Part shown: positions 42,782 to 57,900 of the stretch, piece by piece
How the letters are laid out: each line of letters opens with the position of its first letter
Numbering within the stretch: position 1 is the stretch's first letter
From: Tubiluchus corallicola
Lineage: Eukaryota > Animalia > Priapulida
DNA: 64,000 bases
Reading direction: 5' to 3'
NCBI GenBank assembly: GCA_030141605.1
Contig: JAQGDQ010000121.1
Coordinates: forward strand, 496,001-560,000
Program-made: the position numbers and the translations under genes
Notes under the pieces: generated by a model
Database searches by the model: none
Told to the model about the DNA's origin: nothing
Seen by the model: only the letters and a program-made list of their open reading frames with translations

Positions 42782-45700
42782 TTAATTTGTATATGTTAGT
42801 TCTTTCTCCATAGACACATCTTTTGCATTTTCATCAACAGATGGCGTATCTCGGTCATTTTGAGCCATTTCAATGAGTGCAGACGAGCTACCATTCATTT
42901 TATTGTCTATTTTAAGGTCATTGTTATTTGAAGCAATACATGCAATTTCAGATTTTCCTTCATCAGTGGGAATTTCATTGTGACGTTTATCATTTACCTC
43001 ATGTTTTGCCTCATGATCATCGTCATTACCTTCTTGGACATGGTTATCATCATCACCATCCCTGCTTACAGATGATGCAGTAGATGATGATGCAGTTCTT
43101 GCACTATTTGCAGGATTAGACCTGGTGTTTAATGATGATGATTTCCCACCTAGTAAGGACAAGCTTGATGAAGATGAACCAGATGTGCTAACTGATGACA
43201 TGCTGCTGGATTGTCTTCCCGAAATGAGGGGCTCGCTTGGCTCCACTTTTGATGACAGTCTAGAACTGACTTTTTCGGAACCGCTTTCTTCATCAGAGTA
43301 AGTTCGATCTTCTTCAGATGAAATGCTGGCAGCATCCGTATCTGTGTTGTTGCTGTGGGTAATCGTGGATGAAGATGACAAGTCCAGCTTTAGTGTGTTC
43401 ATGCCCCGTGATACAGTGGAATTTGATTGAGATGTTGTGCAAGGAGACAGCACATCTAGATAATCTGTCTGGCTAGAAGTGCAACGCTGCATTGTTTGCA
43501 TAGACTTATTAATAAGTGGGTTTACTGCCTGCTTCTGTGGTGCACTGAGATATCCATATTTCTGCCAAAAAAAATCCAGAGACAATCAATAAATTGCCAA
43601 AGACAAACCTTACCCGCCATAACTTGATGCTTAACAATAAAACAATAAAAGGAAATTGCAAATCATATTCCATTTTATCATGCAAAAAAGAAAGCAACAT
43701 ATGTTAATTAGAATAGAGGAAAACTTTTAGTGGGATCTTACAGTAAAAACTAACTGTCTGCCACAGGAAGTCATTTACCATTCTAACAGCAGCTTTACTT
43801 CCTACATTTAAACATTGCTGTCAAGCATGATATCCTACTGGTTTCTTGGACAACGACAATCTTCCTGCTAATGTGCAGTATCATTCTTCTCATGCATTGC
43901 CGTGGGCCCTAGTGGCGGTAGAAAGTATTTCAGACTTTCTTAATTTAGTATTACTTTCGTGCATTTATTGGATTGATCTCCCACTATCTCTTGATACACT
44001 GAGCACTATGTTCCCAATTGACAGACCTCCAGTGGCTTAAAGTAAGGTTCTGATCAGAAAGGTCGAGTGGCTTTGTGGTGTCATGGTAAGCATAGCTGCT
44101 CAGAAAGTGGAAGGTCTTGGGTTCAACTCCTAATGTAGTACGTAATTTTTCAGACTTTCTAATTTAGTAATACTTTTATTGGATTGTCCTTACTGTTGTA
44201 GTCCAGGCTTGTTTTATCAGAGGCTTTCTGGATCTCACATTTGGTCTGGCCAGTTGATTGCCATTCCTAACAGCTGCCACAGCACGAAACTTTCGAGTGT
44301 TGTTACCAGACGGTGGTGGTAAAACTGGTTTTCTAATACGATTATTACTGGGTAACGATGGTTTTTTAACTGCAGCAGAAGGAAGGTAGGAATGAAGTCC
44401 AGATAACGATGAGGCCCTAGCTACAGGTTTATTTCGGCTAGTGTTGAGCGCAGAATCATCAACTGCATCGCTAATTAAATCCAAAGTTGTCAATGATCTG
44501 AAAAAATCCATATTTGTGACTGTTAATAGACAAAGTACTGTCGTCATTTGTTTTAAACGTTACTACTTATATACTGGGGTGTACCCAAAATATGCAATAC
44601 ATAATTTAAAAATTAATTTTTTGGAAACTCAAACAGCAAGAATAAGCATGAATACTCCAAATGCAAAACAATTCTGGAAGTGATTTTTGCTCAGATTTAT
44701 AAATGAAATAAAGTTTAGCAAAATATAATTACTCTGCACTCAATAATTTATACCATTAAGATATTAAGACACATTAACTTCAGCACTAAACAGACACCAA
44801 TCAGTTTGCATCTACGTAATTTGTTTCTTGTGTTGTGAGTAACTTAGTCTACAATACGTAATTTGTTTTTATGTGGTGTAAATTAGTCTACAATACCTTG
44901 TATGTCCTCTGCTTTGCAGTTCTCTGATGTATCGTACTGTGTGTATGAATCTCGAATGTCCAATCTTCACAATGTTTCTCCTAATTGATTTTACCTGCGA
45001 ATATCACAAGTACTACAGCATGATAAAAAATCACAAGCAGCCAACCTGCTGTAACTGGAGAAAAAACAGACAGGTTGACGTCAAAGACCACTCAACTTAA
45101 GCAGGTACAGTTATTCGACTTCCAGAACAGTTTTTCTCAGAAGGGTACTTGGTTTTATACGTGGATCAGCATTGTACTTCACTTTTACTAAAACACAAGA
45201 CCCACTATCTGAAGTAAGATATGTTATCGTTAAGAAACATCATGAACAGCATACAATATCAAGAATATTTTCATTGCTTTTGATTTTAAATTGAAATTAT
45301 CCAAAGGAGGGCAAATGCCCAAATAAAACACGCAGATGTAGTTAAATTTTACATCTCAGCCCTTTATTGTCAGGCCATCACCAAAAACAGATTGAAATCA
45401 AAATTTGCTTAAAAATTAGTTTTTCATCCAGGTAATCTCAAGTGACTATAACGATTATTCTTAAGATAACAAACTAAGTTATAAGATGATAATTCCAAAG
45501 TTATTGCTAATAAATTTTAGTCTATTTTACTTTAAAATCAACACTGATCTGCTATATCATGCTATGCTATACAGACTACAATATCATGCAAAAATTCTCT
45601 TATGTAACTCTAATATTTTAATTCTAATTGGCCCCAAGCCTAGTTTCATGTCAAATGCCTAATGTACCAGGCATTGGTGCAGGACCTAAACCAATAGCTA

Positions 45701-48700
45701 ATAATTAACATTAGAAATGCCATAGACTTATGTAGGAGTACCTATATTTCACTATAATTATTAACATCTATACCTTTTTGTACATACCTACACATCTTTA
45801 GTGGCAATTTACGCCTCATGAACATGCAAAAAAATAAATCCTAATATAATGCCAAAAAGATTTCTAGTAATTTCTGCAGTACCTTCTGATTAGTATAAGT
45901 AAAAATCATGTAATATCTGGGTAATTCTTCATCAGGATTAGGTACCCTGTGCACGACGCCTGGTATGTAACATTCTCTCAGTTCTGTCCGCATTCTCTTC
46001 ACCAAAACAAAATCTCCGATCTGAAAATATTATAGGAGTGGAAAAAGAACAGAAAATAAACATCATGCACGTTTTTCTGCTGAATATAAAATACAGTGTT
46101 TCAGAGTTACAGAGTCTCTACTAGTTCAGTAGATGCTTCTAGGGAATATGCAGTCTTGGCATGCAGTCAGTGCAACAAACCTTATCACTTGTATAAGAAG
46201 GTAGCCTTTTTTGAGTAAATAAAAGACACGATCAGTGGTGATTCACTGGAAAAAAATCTCACTGCTGAAAAACAAACACTTTTTCACCAAATGGAAAAAG
46301 ACGTTTTTCACTACTAAAAAACAAACAGTTTTCACCAAAATTATTAAACAAATTTCATTTAGAACTTGCTTCAAATGTAAAAATGGAAAAGATATGTTAT
46401 TTGACTTAACAACTCTGGTAAAACAAATCTTACATAGTGTTAGACAAGACTGGTTAATAATAACTAAAATAATCTGGACTTTGTCTTTCTTTATTTTATT
46501 TCACAACATTAATAGCCTTATCGTTAACACTAATGACTTACTCGTAGCATTGGACAACTGTGAGCACCCCCAGTCATTATAATAAACTGGGTGGGTACAA
46601 TTTGAGGATCAATGTCAAACATGTCCACTAAAGCATGTTGCTTATTCACAGACTTGACAACTACACCTACAAAATATAATTAGTTTCTAAAAAACACGTA
46701 AATAAATTGCTGAACAAAGTCAGTAACAAGAAAAGATATCATATGTATTTTTACAAGTAATTACATATTTTCTACATGCACACAGCACAGTAAAAAATGC
46801 AGCATTTCTTAATTTTTGTAGTAAGTCGATTATTATTGTTTTTATTCTTGAGAATACTGGTTAAGTGACATGATATTTACTTTAAACAAGAGCAATATGT
46901 TATTTAGCAAGTGTTATTAGTTAGCAAAGTGAGCTTACCAGTATAGTAAAGTCCATCTTGCTCACTTCTAGCAATGACGGTTGACCCTCTTAACATGTCT
47001 ATCGGTCTACGACGCAACAATTCCTTTTTCGGTGTGGATTTGGCTTTTAAAAATGCCTGTCAAAAAAGTTCTCAGTAATTAAGTTAATACAAAAAAATTA
47101 TGCAATGCTTTTACATATATGGTCAAATTACTGGTGCTGCATAATTTTGCATTCATAATTCATAATCTTGCACCACAGCATTGTGCACTACAGTGCAAGC
47201 TAAATAACACAAGTTCATTTACCAATGAAACCCTTTCTGCTTGCTTTAAAATGTAAAGTAAAATGAATGATTTTAACAACTTAATAATTAGTAGAAATTA
47301 GTATCACTACTGCCCTAATATACTGCTTTTGCAATTGATGCGACTTTATTAAAGCTCATTAACAGTTACTTAAGAAATAGAAAATAGAAAGTTAAATTAT
47401 CAACAAATGCAGTTTAAGAAGGGCCAACATTACAGCAGAGCATACCACAAGGCACACTTTTGGGTCCCTTGCTTTTCTGTCTTTACAAAAACAAAATATC
47501 TAAAACACTAACACATTGCAATACAACACAGTATGCTCACAACACCACTACATATTTAGCCCATGAAAATCTAGCAACAGCTCAGATCAAGACATTGCAA
47601 ACGTTAACATAGCATTTACCCTTTTAAAACTTAAATTAAAAAACACCAAAACAGATTTCATGTTCCTTTGCCCCTTCTCTATAAATGACAATATAACAAA
47701 TACTTCAATAAAAGTTGGAAATTGCACAATAAGGCAGAAACAAACGTGAATTTTCTTGGTATTTACGTAGATAATAAACTTTTGTGGGATAACCACTTTA
47801 ATAAATTTACGATAAAATGGCATGCAGGATGTCCTACTTATGGCAGGAAAAAGCTCAACTAACTAAACAGACAAAGTTATTATAAAATTCTCATTCTGCC
47901 CCAGTTTTTATACTTTTTCATAACATTTCAAGAGGCAGCTATAATAAACTAAATAGTCTCTGGCAATTCAAATAAAATGCCTCTCATAGCAAATCAAACC
48001 TCTGCAACAAAATTAAGAACAATATTTAAAATTCCAGTTATAAAAGCACATAAAGACTACTACACAACATTATTTTTATACGAATATGTCAACAATATTA
48101 ACACGCGCTTCATAAAAATTAAGTTTCCACTCTTTCAGAAGCCAACACTAAACCTAAGAACACACAATATTAAACAAACACACAATAATAACTAATACGG
48201 CAACAATTCCATCACTAAACAAGGAGTTCAACTCTGGAATGCCGTGCCATCAAATTTAAAACAAATCAAGTCTTTGTGTGAGTTCAAATCAAAATTAAAA
48301 ATGCGTACAATTAAATTGTTTGGAAAATCCTACACACATTAATGATAATATATATTCTTCCGCAAATTTTATTTATCCACACTTATTTTTTGTTTTAAAA
48401 TTCTGTGCAAAGTAGTTTTTAGTTTGCACTGGACGCATTTGCCTTTAACAGTTACGTGAATTTTATTCTCTTAATCTGGTGTTCTTATATGCTTTTATGC
48501 TTGTGAATATCGATTTTGTTGGCAAATAAAGATTATATATGTATATGTATGTATATATTATATTGTATTGTATTGTATTGTATTGTATTGTATTGTATTG
48601 TATTGTATTGTATTGTATTGTATTGTATTGTATTGTATTGTATTGTATTGTATTGTATTGTATTGTATTGTATTGTATTGTATTGTATTGTATTGTATTG

Positions 48701-48941
48701 TATTATATTATATTATATTATATTATATTATATTATATTATATTATATTATATTATATTATATTATATTATATTATATTATATTATATTATATTATATTA
48801 TATTATATTATATTATATTATATTATATTATATTATATTATATTATATTATATTATATTATATTATATTATATTATATTATATTATATTATATTATATTA
48901 TATTATATTATATTATATTATATTATATTATATTATATGTG

Positions 48942-48973
<32 letters not shown>

Positions 48974-51900
48974 AGTGCGTGCGTGTGTGTATACATAATA
49001 AAAAAATTCCAGATTTTCCGAGATGTGAGCAAGGTAGATTCCTAATTTTTCATACAATAAACAAACTAGTATCAACAGTTAATGATAAATAAACAAGCAG
49101 GTTTTATTATGACTTACTTCCAAGTGAGATGCAGATGAGTTTAGAGAATAGCTCTCAACGGTTTCTGTTCTGTTTACTTTATTCACTCCTGTTAGATCTC
49201 TAGCCTGCTGTAAATACTTGTATGCCTGATCAATTTCATCCTCCATTAACATAATATCAATCTATAAAAAGCAATTAAGTAACTTGACTGCTGTGAAAAA
49301 TATAAAAATAATAACAAAAATATATAACATGTACATGTACAATTTTTTATTTGTACAAACTGCAAATGCAATAGAGACTTAATAATAATTTTATTGCATG
49401 TTTTACGTAAGTGCATCTCAAGTGCAGTTCACACCTCAGTAATTTTATTCCAACCATTGCGATTAAGTGCTTCTAGTAACCTCTCTTTTTCTGCCTCAAA
49501 TGATATTGGCCCCGAACCTACATCGAACCTACAAAACAAGGATATGTTATGTTTTTCAGTTACCACAGAGTTGAAAACAAATTGTTCAGTACAGTGATTC
49601 AACATAATGGCACTGTGGCCTATAAGGTTCCTATTCCATTGCAACCAGCACTATTCCTAACGATCATGTTTACGAGACATAGATCATTCAAAAAAGCTGG
49701 TGAGGTAAAGCTACAGATGCACACATAGGGCTTCAAAATATATGCCAATTGACTTGGTCATTGGATTACAGGCAAAAATTATCATTATTTAAATATTTTG
49801 TGGTAAGTGGACATGATAAGCAAAATATTTTTGCAGAATTTACTCTATGCAAATTTTCATATTAAACCATAAGTAAACAACAACAATACTGATCTTGTTT
49901 GTTGGTATGGGTAGCTTGGTGTAAAATGGCTTTGCTATGGATATAGTAGCATTTCTGCTTGATGAGCTGACTATGGTTAAGTTTCAGAAAAGTAAAAAGG
50001 GGTTAATTTGCATATACTCACTGCTTCTGCTCTTCGGGTGGTAATGAATTCCATACTATATCGCTAAGCCTCCTGCAATACATACAAATTAATAAACCAC
50101 ATAAGCATTTTAGCAAAATATAAACTCACACAAGCTACTAAACTACAAGCTAATCAATGAAGCCAAAACAGATAGGGAAAAAAATCCATTTTCAGACTAT
50201 TGCCTAATGCCTAATTGCTTTACTCACACATGAAAGCCTAAACAATTTAACTGATAACATGGTTCAAATTGTTAAACATAGGATCTCCAGGTCAGGTTAA
50301 CAGTGACTTGCCATATACTCACAGCACAACAGCTACAGTTACGCTTAAAGGACAAGAAAAGGGTACCTGAAGTAGATTTCAGAAAAATTGTCTTAAAAAT
50401 TATTTTACTTTATAGCAATTTTATGCCTATATCGTTTTTTATGCCTAAAGGATTTTTAGTTTGTTTTCATTTTAAAACTCCCGCAACACTGTTCCGACTG
50501 TGCCATTACATGGCATCATCTACACACAATGTAAATCAGCGGAAGAAAAATAAATGTTAAACCATGTCCCAAAAAGCATTTCACACAAAGTTATATCTCT
50601 TAGCATTTCACATACCTGCTTGAAAGACTTATGTAACTAGAAAAGACAATTATTAATTATTTAAAATGCTTTCAACAATTGGTAAAATGTCATTGAGTCA
50701 CCTCCAGGTTGCACCATTCACTAACCAAAAATGCATTTTTAATCTTATTGACAAGATACAATAATTTTAAATTTTATTTAGTTAGTGACGTGTGTGCTAC
50801 GAATGCCCTGATTATTTACAGTAATTTTAAATTTTATTTAGTTAGTGACGTGTGTGCTACGAATGCCCTGATTATTTCTTCAAAGTTCGCGCAGTTGTTT
50901 CAAATAACTTATCCTTAAAATGGCTGCATCTAACGAACATTGCGGGAGTTTAAATTTACAAGTTTTATACAGTGTTATTGCCGATTCAAGTCTAATATGT
51001 AAAAGGCAGTATGTAAGTGGTATAATATTTCAAGGTGAATTTTTTAAACTTTATGTAAGTTGAGGGTTTTCTTGTACTTTAAGAAACGCATGGATAAAGC
51101 AACTAATCAGCAAAGTTATAGTCCGATTACCCTTTAAATAAAGATATTGCTTTCTCTAAGCGGTTTTCATAAGCTTGAAGATCAATAGCACGTGGATTAA
51201 CTAGTTTCACTTGATTTTCACCATCTATGTGTCTAATTGGTAATACCTGCAAATACAAAAAAATATTAGTACTCCTGCTCAATGATAACACTTTTTGATC
51301 AGAAACTTCAAAATACTGTTCAGCTTGTTTAACAAAAGTCATTATTCATATTCCTAAGAGGCATTAATGTCAACGTCATTATAATTTGCACTGGATACTT
51401 ATCCAACTTTGAACATTGATGAAACATGAGATTTAACAGCCAAATGACACAAATACAATGGATACAAGCAATTAGATATTCTTCAGAATACTGTGAAACA
51501 GGAATTACAGTGAAACAAAGTACAAACAAGCAAATTCTATCATTGTCTAACCTCATACAGCATTAGGCAATTTCCAGCAATATTAAAGACTATGATAATG
51601 AGTAGCAATGAATACACGGTCACAGTGTTGCTAGGGTAAAGGAAAGACATACAATAACAAAAATAAAACCTTAGAATTCAAACTGTAATGTACACATACT
51701 TGATCAAACACTTTAGCAAGAACATGTTTCTGAATAGCAGGCACATAAGTTGCATTATGTGGGACGGCAGTCGGTGCAAGTGCATCCATAATAGTAAGTT
51801 TTCTAGCAGACAGACCATGATATTTCAGCCACTGGCGAGTAGACAGCTCCAATGAACTAAAAGAATGAAAGCAAATTTGTTAACAAAAACACAGAAGCCC

Positions 51901-54900
51901 GATATGTAGCTTATACATTCTTCGAGAGCTACATTGATTTTTTTTGTGGTGCACCCATCTAACCTATGTAGATTCTGACATGTGCCTAGAAAACACACAC
52001 GCACGCAAGCTGCATCTCTATGCTATCAATTACCATTCAATACAACCAATACGAGATTTACATGACTAAATATGAATAAAGAATAACTACTGCCAAAATC
52101 GTCAACAATGGTCTAAAAAGAAAAAGAGTAAAGAAGAAAGAAAAATATTATTAGCAATTTTTTCTAGATGGTGTGAAAAAATTTAAACTATTAGTGTCAC
52201 TCATTCAGAAAGGTTAAGCAACTGCATACTAATGGCATACATAAAAAGTACGGACTAACAGACCTCTCTATGACCGATCTGTGTTCAACTTTTACAGAAA
52301 TACAGAAGCAAAAGAACTTGAGGAAAGCAAAAAAGTGAATAAAACATAAAGTAGAAAATCGATACCTTGTCAAATCCTCTTTAATCTTCTTTATCTTCTT
52401 CATTTCTCTATCGATTCTTTTTTGTGATGTTTCTTCTTTTTTAGCTAGCAGATTTTTCAAGAATTCACGAGTATCGGGCAGAAGCCACTCACCAGTGGAA
52501 GCAGCGAAATTGCCGGAACTAGAAAGAACCCGAAGCAGACTTGTCTTGGTGTGACCTGAAATAACAAAACAGTAGTAATTTGAACAAAACCCGGATAAAC
52601 TCCAAAATAAACTTACTGTTCACCTGATACTCTTAGATTAGGCATTAATTCTCACTGTTTCACTGTTATGTCAAGTAATGGATAAAAGTAGAAGCAATGT
52701 TTTCTTTTATACCCTATCACTTTGTCATGAAAACTCAGATCATTGCAATACAACAACATTGCTTTTCTGCGAAATAGTTTTATTTGCACTCTCGTGGTTC
52801 CGCCTACAGCCCAATCGAATGATTTGTGCCTAAGATGAAGCCAAGGGCACAAACTGAATGTAAGAGGTGCAGAGATGCAAATTCAATCCAAAGTCTGCAC
52901 AGGGAAACAGGCCGAAAATAATTAGAATTATCACTAAGATTACAAATAGGGTACTTAAAAAAATAAATGAGAAGGATAAAGAAAGAAAAGTAGAATAAAA
53001 AATTAATATTAATGAATAATAAAAGTCTAGTTAATTTTTACAGGTAGTCACAGTATCATAAAAAGAAAATAACTTTTATTAGAAACATATAAAATGTTAA
53101 AAAGCATGTCACAAAAAATTAATAATAAATATTGTGAAAGCTGTTTCTTCCAAAGATTTTGTATAAACATCAGCATGGCTATTTGTTGGTGTGCTAATTT
53201 AAAAATATTTTAGAATAATAAGCTTTTTAGCATTCACATAAAATACCGGTATGTACACACTGAGATTAACGAGTGCTCGCATACTATAAAAATATCAAAA
53301 ATAAAACTGTCAAACGATATTGCTATTTAATATTGCCATACATAAAAAATTCATCTTACCAGCAGTTAATGGCTTCTTTGGCGCGGCTGCATATTGTCGT
53401 GATCGAACAGAAGATGTTGTCTTTGGTCTCTGTGGTGGAACCACTGTAACTTGTTCCGAAGATACGGGCACATTTGCTGTACTAGGTCGTGGAACTGCTC
53501 TAGACGAGCCTTTCTCTGCTGGTAGCTTGGATCTACAAGGCACAGCAGCTGTAGCAATTGTAGGCATTTCTGTAGCAGATGCAGCAGGCATATTGGTAGT
53601 GTTATCATAAGATGCCTCTTTAGAAGGACAAGGATCTTTCTGCAGGGTTTTTGATTTCGACAAAATCAGTTGTTCTGGACTAGGAGTAGCCGTTGGTGGA
53701 TTTACAACTATGTTTAAATCACTTTCACTTACTTTTTGTAAATTATGCGGTGTTCGGTATGCTGAAACAAACAAAAGCAATGAATTATTTCAGTAACAAA
53801 CTATTCGCAGTCAATACGTTTTAGAACTTGCTCGTTAAACACTGCAATTTTGATTGTATGACTGGAACAGCAACTCAAAAAGGTCATTGTTGAACTCATG
53901 ATCTTCTGACACTTCTTGCAGACATCTCTTAAGCTTGTCTTTTGATTGCTGATCAACAGCACATTCTGAGATCATCTAACTTACCGTCTGTCTTTGCACT
54001 AGGCATTGAGAGCCCTGAAAGCATGCACTGCGAACACAGAGTCACTGTACTTTCCATGATACTTTCATGTAATAAATTGTTTTATACTATTACTCGTTCT
54101 CTTGAAACTGGCAAAAGGTTGTATACCACACTACAATTTTGGTAAAATTATCAACAGTAAGTCCTCTTGATAAATTATAACTAACAATAATGAAATTGAT
54201 AATTTTGTTAGCAGCTTACCTTTTGCAGACAATGGTCTTTCTGGATGAGACGAAGCAGTCATTGGCAATGATCCTGAAGAAAGTGAAGACAAGAGCTCGC
54301 TATCATCCTCTGGTGTAGACCTGTCGCAAGGAGGTAGAATTTCTTCGTTGTTTGCCCATTTTAGGCTTTTTTGTGACTCAGTCCGAACTTGATCGACATT
54401 TGTGTCATCTGCAAGAGACTTCTGGCTTGCCACAGGATAAGATGTAAGTAATGAACTATCAGGACGAGGAGTTCGTAGCAGCCTTAATCCCAGAGAAGAC
54501 GAGGATGCTTCTGATAAAATAGTGGATGAACTAGAGGACCTGCCTGGTGAAAAAGGTTTGCTGCAAAAAATGACAATTACGACACAAAAAACATTAAAAA
54601 AAAATCAATTCTCTTTTAAAATCAACTTGCAAAAAAATGATAAATAATTATGAAGACATTGACGTTAATAATGAAAAAAGACACCAGCTACATTTTTGTA
54701 ATAAATAATTACTGTTGCAAATGTTCTATATAATTAAGGAGAGTACATATAATTATGTACAACACTGCAAATTATTTGCAAACTAGATGATTAAAAATTC
54801 CATTAAGAAAACTTCTTGACTATTCCTATAAAGTGCAGAGAAATAATTTATTGCGTATAACAGGTATGTAACTCTAGCAAATAAGTTTAGAAAGCCTCTT

Positions 54901-57900
54901 TGACTGAATGTTTCTTACCCCGTGCCCTCAACACTTGTTTCATTTAAAACTATAAAATTAAATCAAACACTCAGCATCTCAATCATCAATGAAGACAGCA
55001 ACAATCAACATGTTAGACCTAATCTTTGATTGGTTTTCTACAAATCAAGCTATCGCATGACGGTCTTCAAATGCACATGCATGAATTCAAAATATAAAGC
55101 ACTTCAGGAGGCAATAAAATTGCAGTTTTTAAGCATGCAATTTTCTCAAAGTAATTGCACGTTTGAGTAGTTAGATTCAGGAGCAATAATATGGAAAATG
55201 AAGGAAAGTAAACGCATAAAATATGCGATTGCATGCAATGCAATTCTGATGCTAACACTACAGCTGGTCACGCAATGAGCTCAATGCTTTATGCTCCAGC
55301 TACTTAAAGTACATTTCACGAGCGTTTCCAGCATGCACATATGAGTTAGTTATAATAATAAAAACCTTAAATGTGCAATAAAAACTTTTAGCCTTGACAT
55401 GCAGTTTGATATGAGTTCAGTTTTCTTTTCTTTGTACACTTGTTCATGAGAGCAAGACAAAGACGACGCCTTTTACCCACCTGTATCTAACAGAGAATGC
55501 GACACGCATTCATTAAATAATTAGTTAATGTAACATTTTCATGTACTTCCGGAAGATCACACATTCACATATTATTGGGTGTGACATGCAGCATTCATTG
55601 GAAGTACTATACAAAACTTAACTATTCATAGAACAAATAGTAGGGCTGATACTTGGCAAGAACCATTGCATGACGATGAATTAACCTACATTTATACAGA
55701 CATAATGACGAGTATAATGCACAATGTCTCTAACTTTACTGTAATTGCTGCACTTGAGAAACAAACCATAGACTGTTGTTTGGTTATTGAAATATATATG
55801 GTCAATCAAGGCACTCAATTATAATTTTGTCATATAAATATAAGTGTCAGCAGCCAGAGCAGCCAAACCGAAACAAGAATCCGCAATACATATAATAATT
55901 GCTTTCTTATTTTTACTTTAATGTGTAATTGTCAAATGACCCAATAAGCAAGTTGACCAACATATTTGGACAACAATATGCTCCTTGTTCTATTTGACTT
56001 TTGATTTGAATTTGACCTTATGCATACATTTCAGAAAACTGTGGAAAAGCAAATTTAAATTTACAAAAGTATTCTGGAAACTTTAAATACATATTTTCCA
56101 TTTTCTTGGCTAAAAAAAGGAAAGTAAAATCCCTTCTAAATCAAAAGATACCAAAACCTAAAATAATTGTATTTTTAAAAATAGGATATAACAACCTATT
56201 AACCTGAAATTATAGGAAATGGTTGGAGTACTTTTATTATCAAATGACGATAATTAGAAGTTTGTCTAAGAAACTTAAGTTTATGTGCAAAATGAAGCGT
56301 ACCTCTCATACTTTTGTATGTTGACCTCCACACTGCCTGTCATTTGACTTTGTTCCTTCTCTTTCTCTGATACATCGTGCCCTGACTCAGACAACTCCTC
56401 TTTTTCTGACGATGGTGATTCATAACTAGCTGCACTTGGTGGTCGAGGAACATACTTTGCAGGCGATTGCGATGCAGAACATCCTCTCTTCTCAGTAGAT
56501 TCAGCCACCTGAGGCTCAGATCCAATTGCGTTACATTCTTTCAGTAGCTGGGCCATTTTGCCTAGCCAGTCATGTCCCAGTTTAATCTCGTTTCTCAACA
56601 GTTTTACTTCATCACTCTAGGACAATCAAAAACATCAGCGTTATAAATAAGCACAAAGATAAGTACGCTAAAAAACATTTAATTATATGTCTTTATACAT
56701 TTAATTGTAGGAAAATTGTTCACAAGTCAGCAATTAAGCTTGTCCAAATATTCACATATCGAGGATCTCCATTTCATGCAGATCATTTTGATACTAAGCC
56801 AATTGCTCTATGTCATTTCTAAGCTAAGGTAATCCACGTTGAAGTTCGGGTGCACGCTAAGCACTGAAAAACATAATCTTGAGAAAATCGCTGTTAAAGT
56901 TAGTAAATGGTTTTTTGTCATGTCTTTAGAAAACATTTAGCATCCGCACAAATGTTGGTTGCTACGGACTTTGCAAGAACACATTAAAGTTATGTTTAAA
57001 TCCAGTAGATGGCTCTTCCTGATGAAGATCTAGGCTTGGCAGCAGAAAAAACCTGAAGCAAAATAACTGCTTCTACGACTTACAAATGGAATCTGAAAAT
57101 ACGAGTTTTTTACAATTGCAGTACTAGTTTCTAGGAAGCAAAGTGGGTACGGGGTTAAAAAATGAGATTTTTAGTACTTTTTGAACACTTTCTAGATAAT
57201 TTGATGGTAGAATATAAGAGTCCAACATATTTAGTGTTTGTTTTAAAGATTTGTTTTTAAGAATTTTGTTTTTATGAAAAACAAAAAATTGACATTTGAC
57301 CAAATTTTTGATGCATTCTAGTTTGAAGCATCAATAACTATGCCGACTTGTGGATAGTTTTGATTAGCAGGCACACATATGTGAGTTTCAAATGAGCAAG
57401 TTAATTATAGGCCATAAGAGCCTAGATGAACACTAAAGGGCTGCCAAACACACTTCTTTTCATATGAAAGCCTCTAACTCAGATTCACACCTATGTAATT
57501 GTTGACTGCATGTCACAATACTATAGTCTAGGCCCAAATCCTGAAAAAGTGCTTCTATGAGGTTCTAATGGTGTTCTTAAAAAATGCCTCTAGGGTTCCA
57601 CTTTCTGAAACTGGGACCACACTACGATCACAATTCACAAGTGATTTCCTAACTGGTGTAACACAAGTTCTGGAAAAAATTTTCGTGCACCAGAAATAAA
57701 AGCATTTAATAGACTAAAAGCTTTAACAGAAAATCATGAAAACAATTTGGGATTGGCCCCAATTCATTCAAAGGTAAAGGCCTGTTTTAAGTTTTTCTAG
57801 ATGATCCAATCTATTTAATGATCAAATTACGGCTTTAGTTTATGGCTTTATTAATTTTTCATTTAATTTTCCCATGTGGTATGCCGTGGTTATCTCAGAA

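Noticed and set aside
48516-49092. ORFs with YCIVL/YYIIL repeats
   Set aside because: They are translations of the pentanucleotide microsatellite.
57531-57618. Very short imperfect inverted repeat resembling a Harbinger-type MITE
   Set aside because: Too short and degenerate to call without a repeat library.
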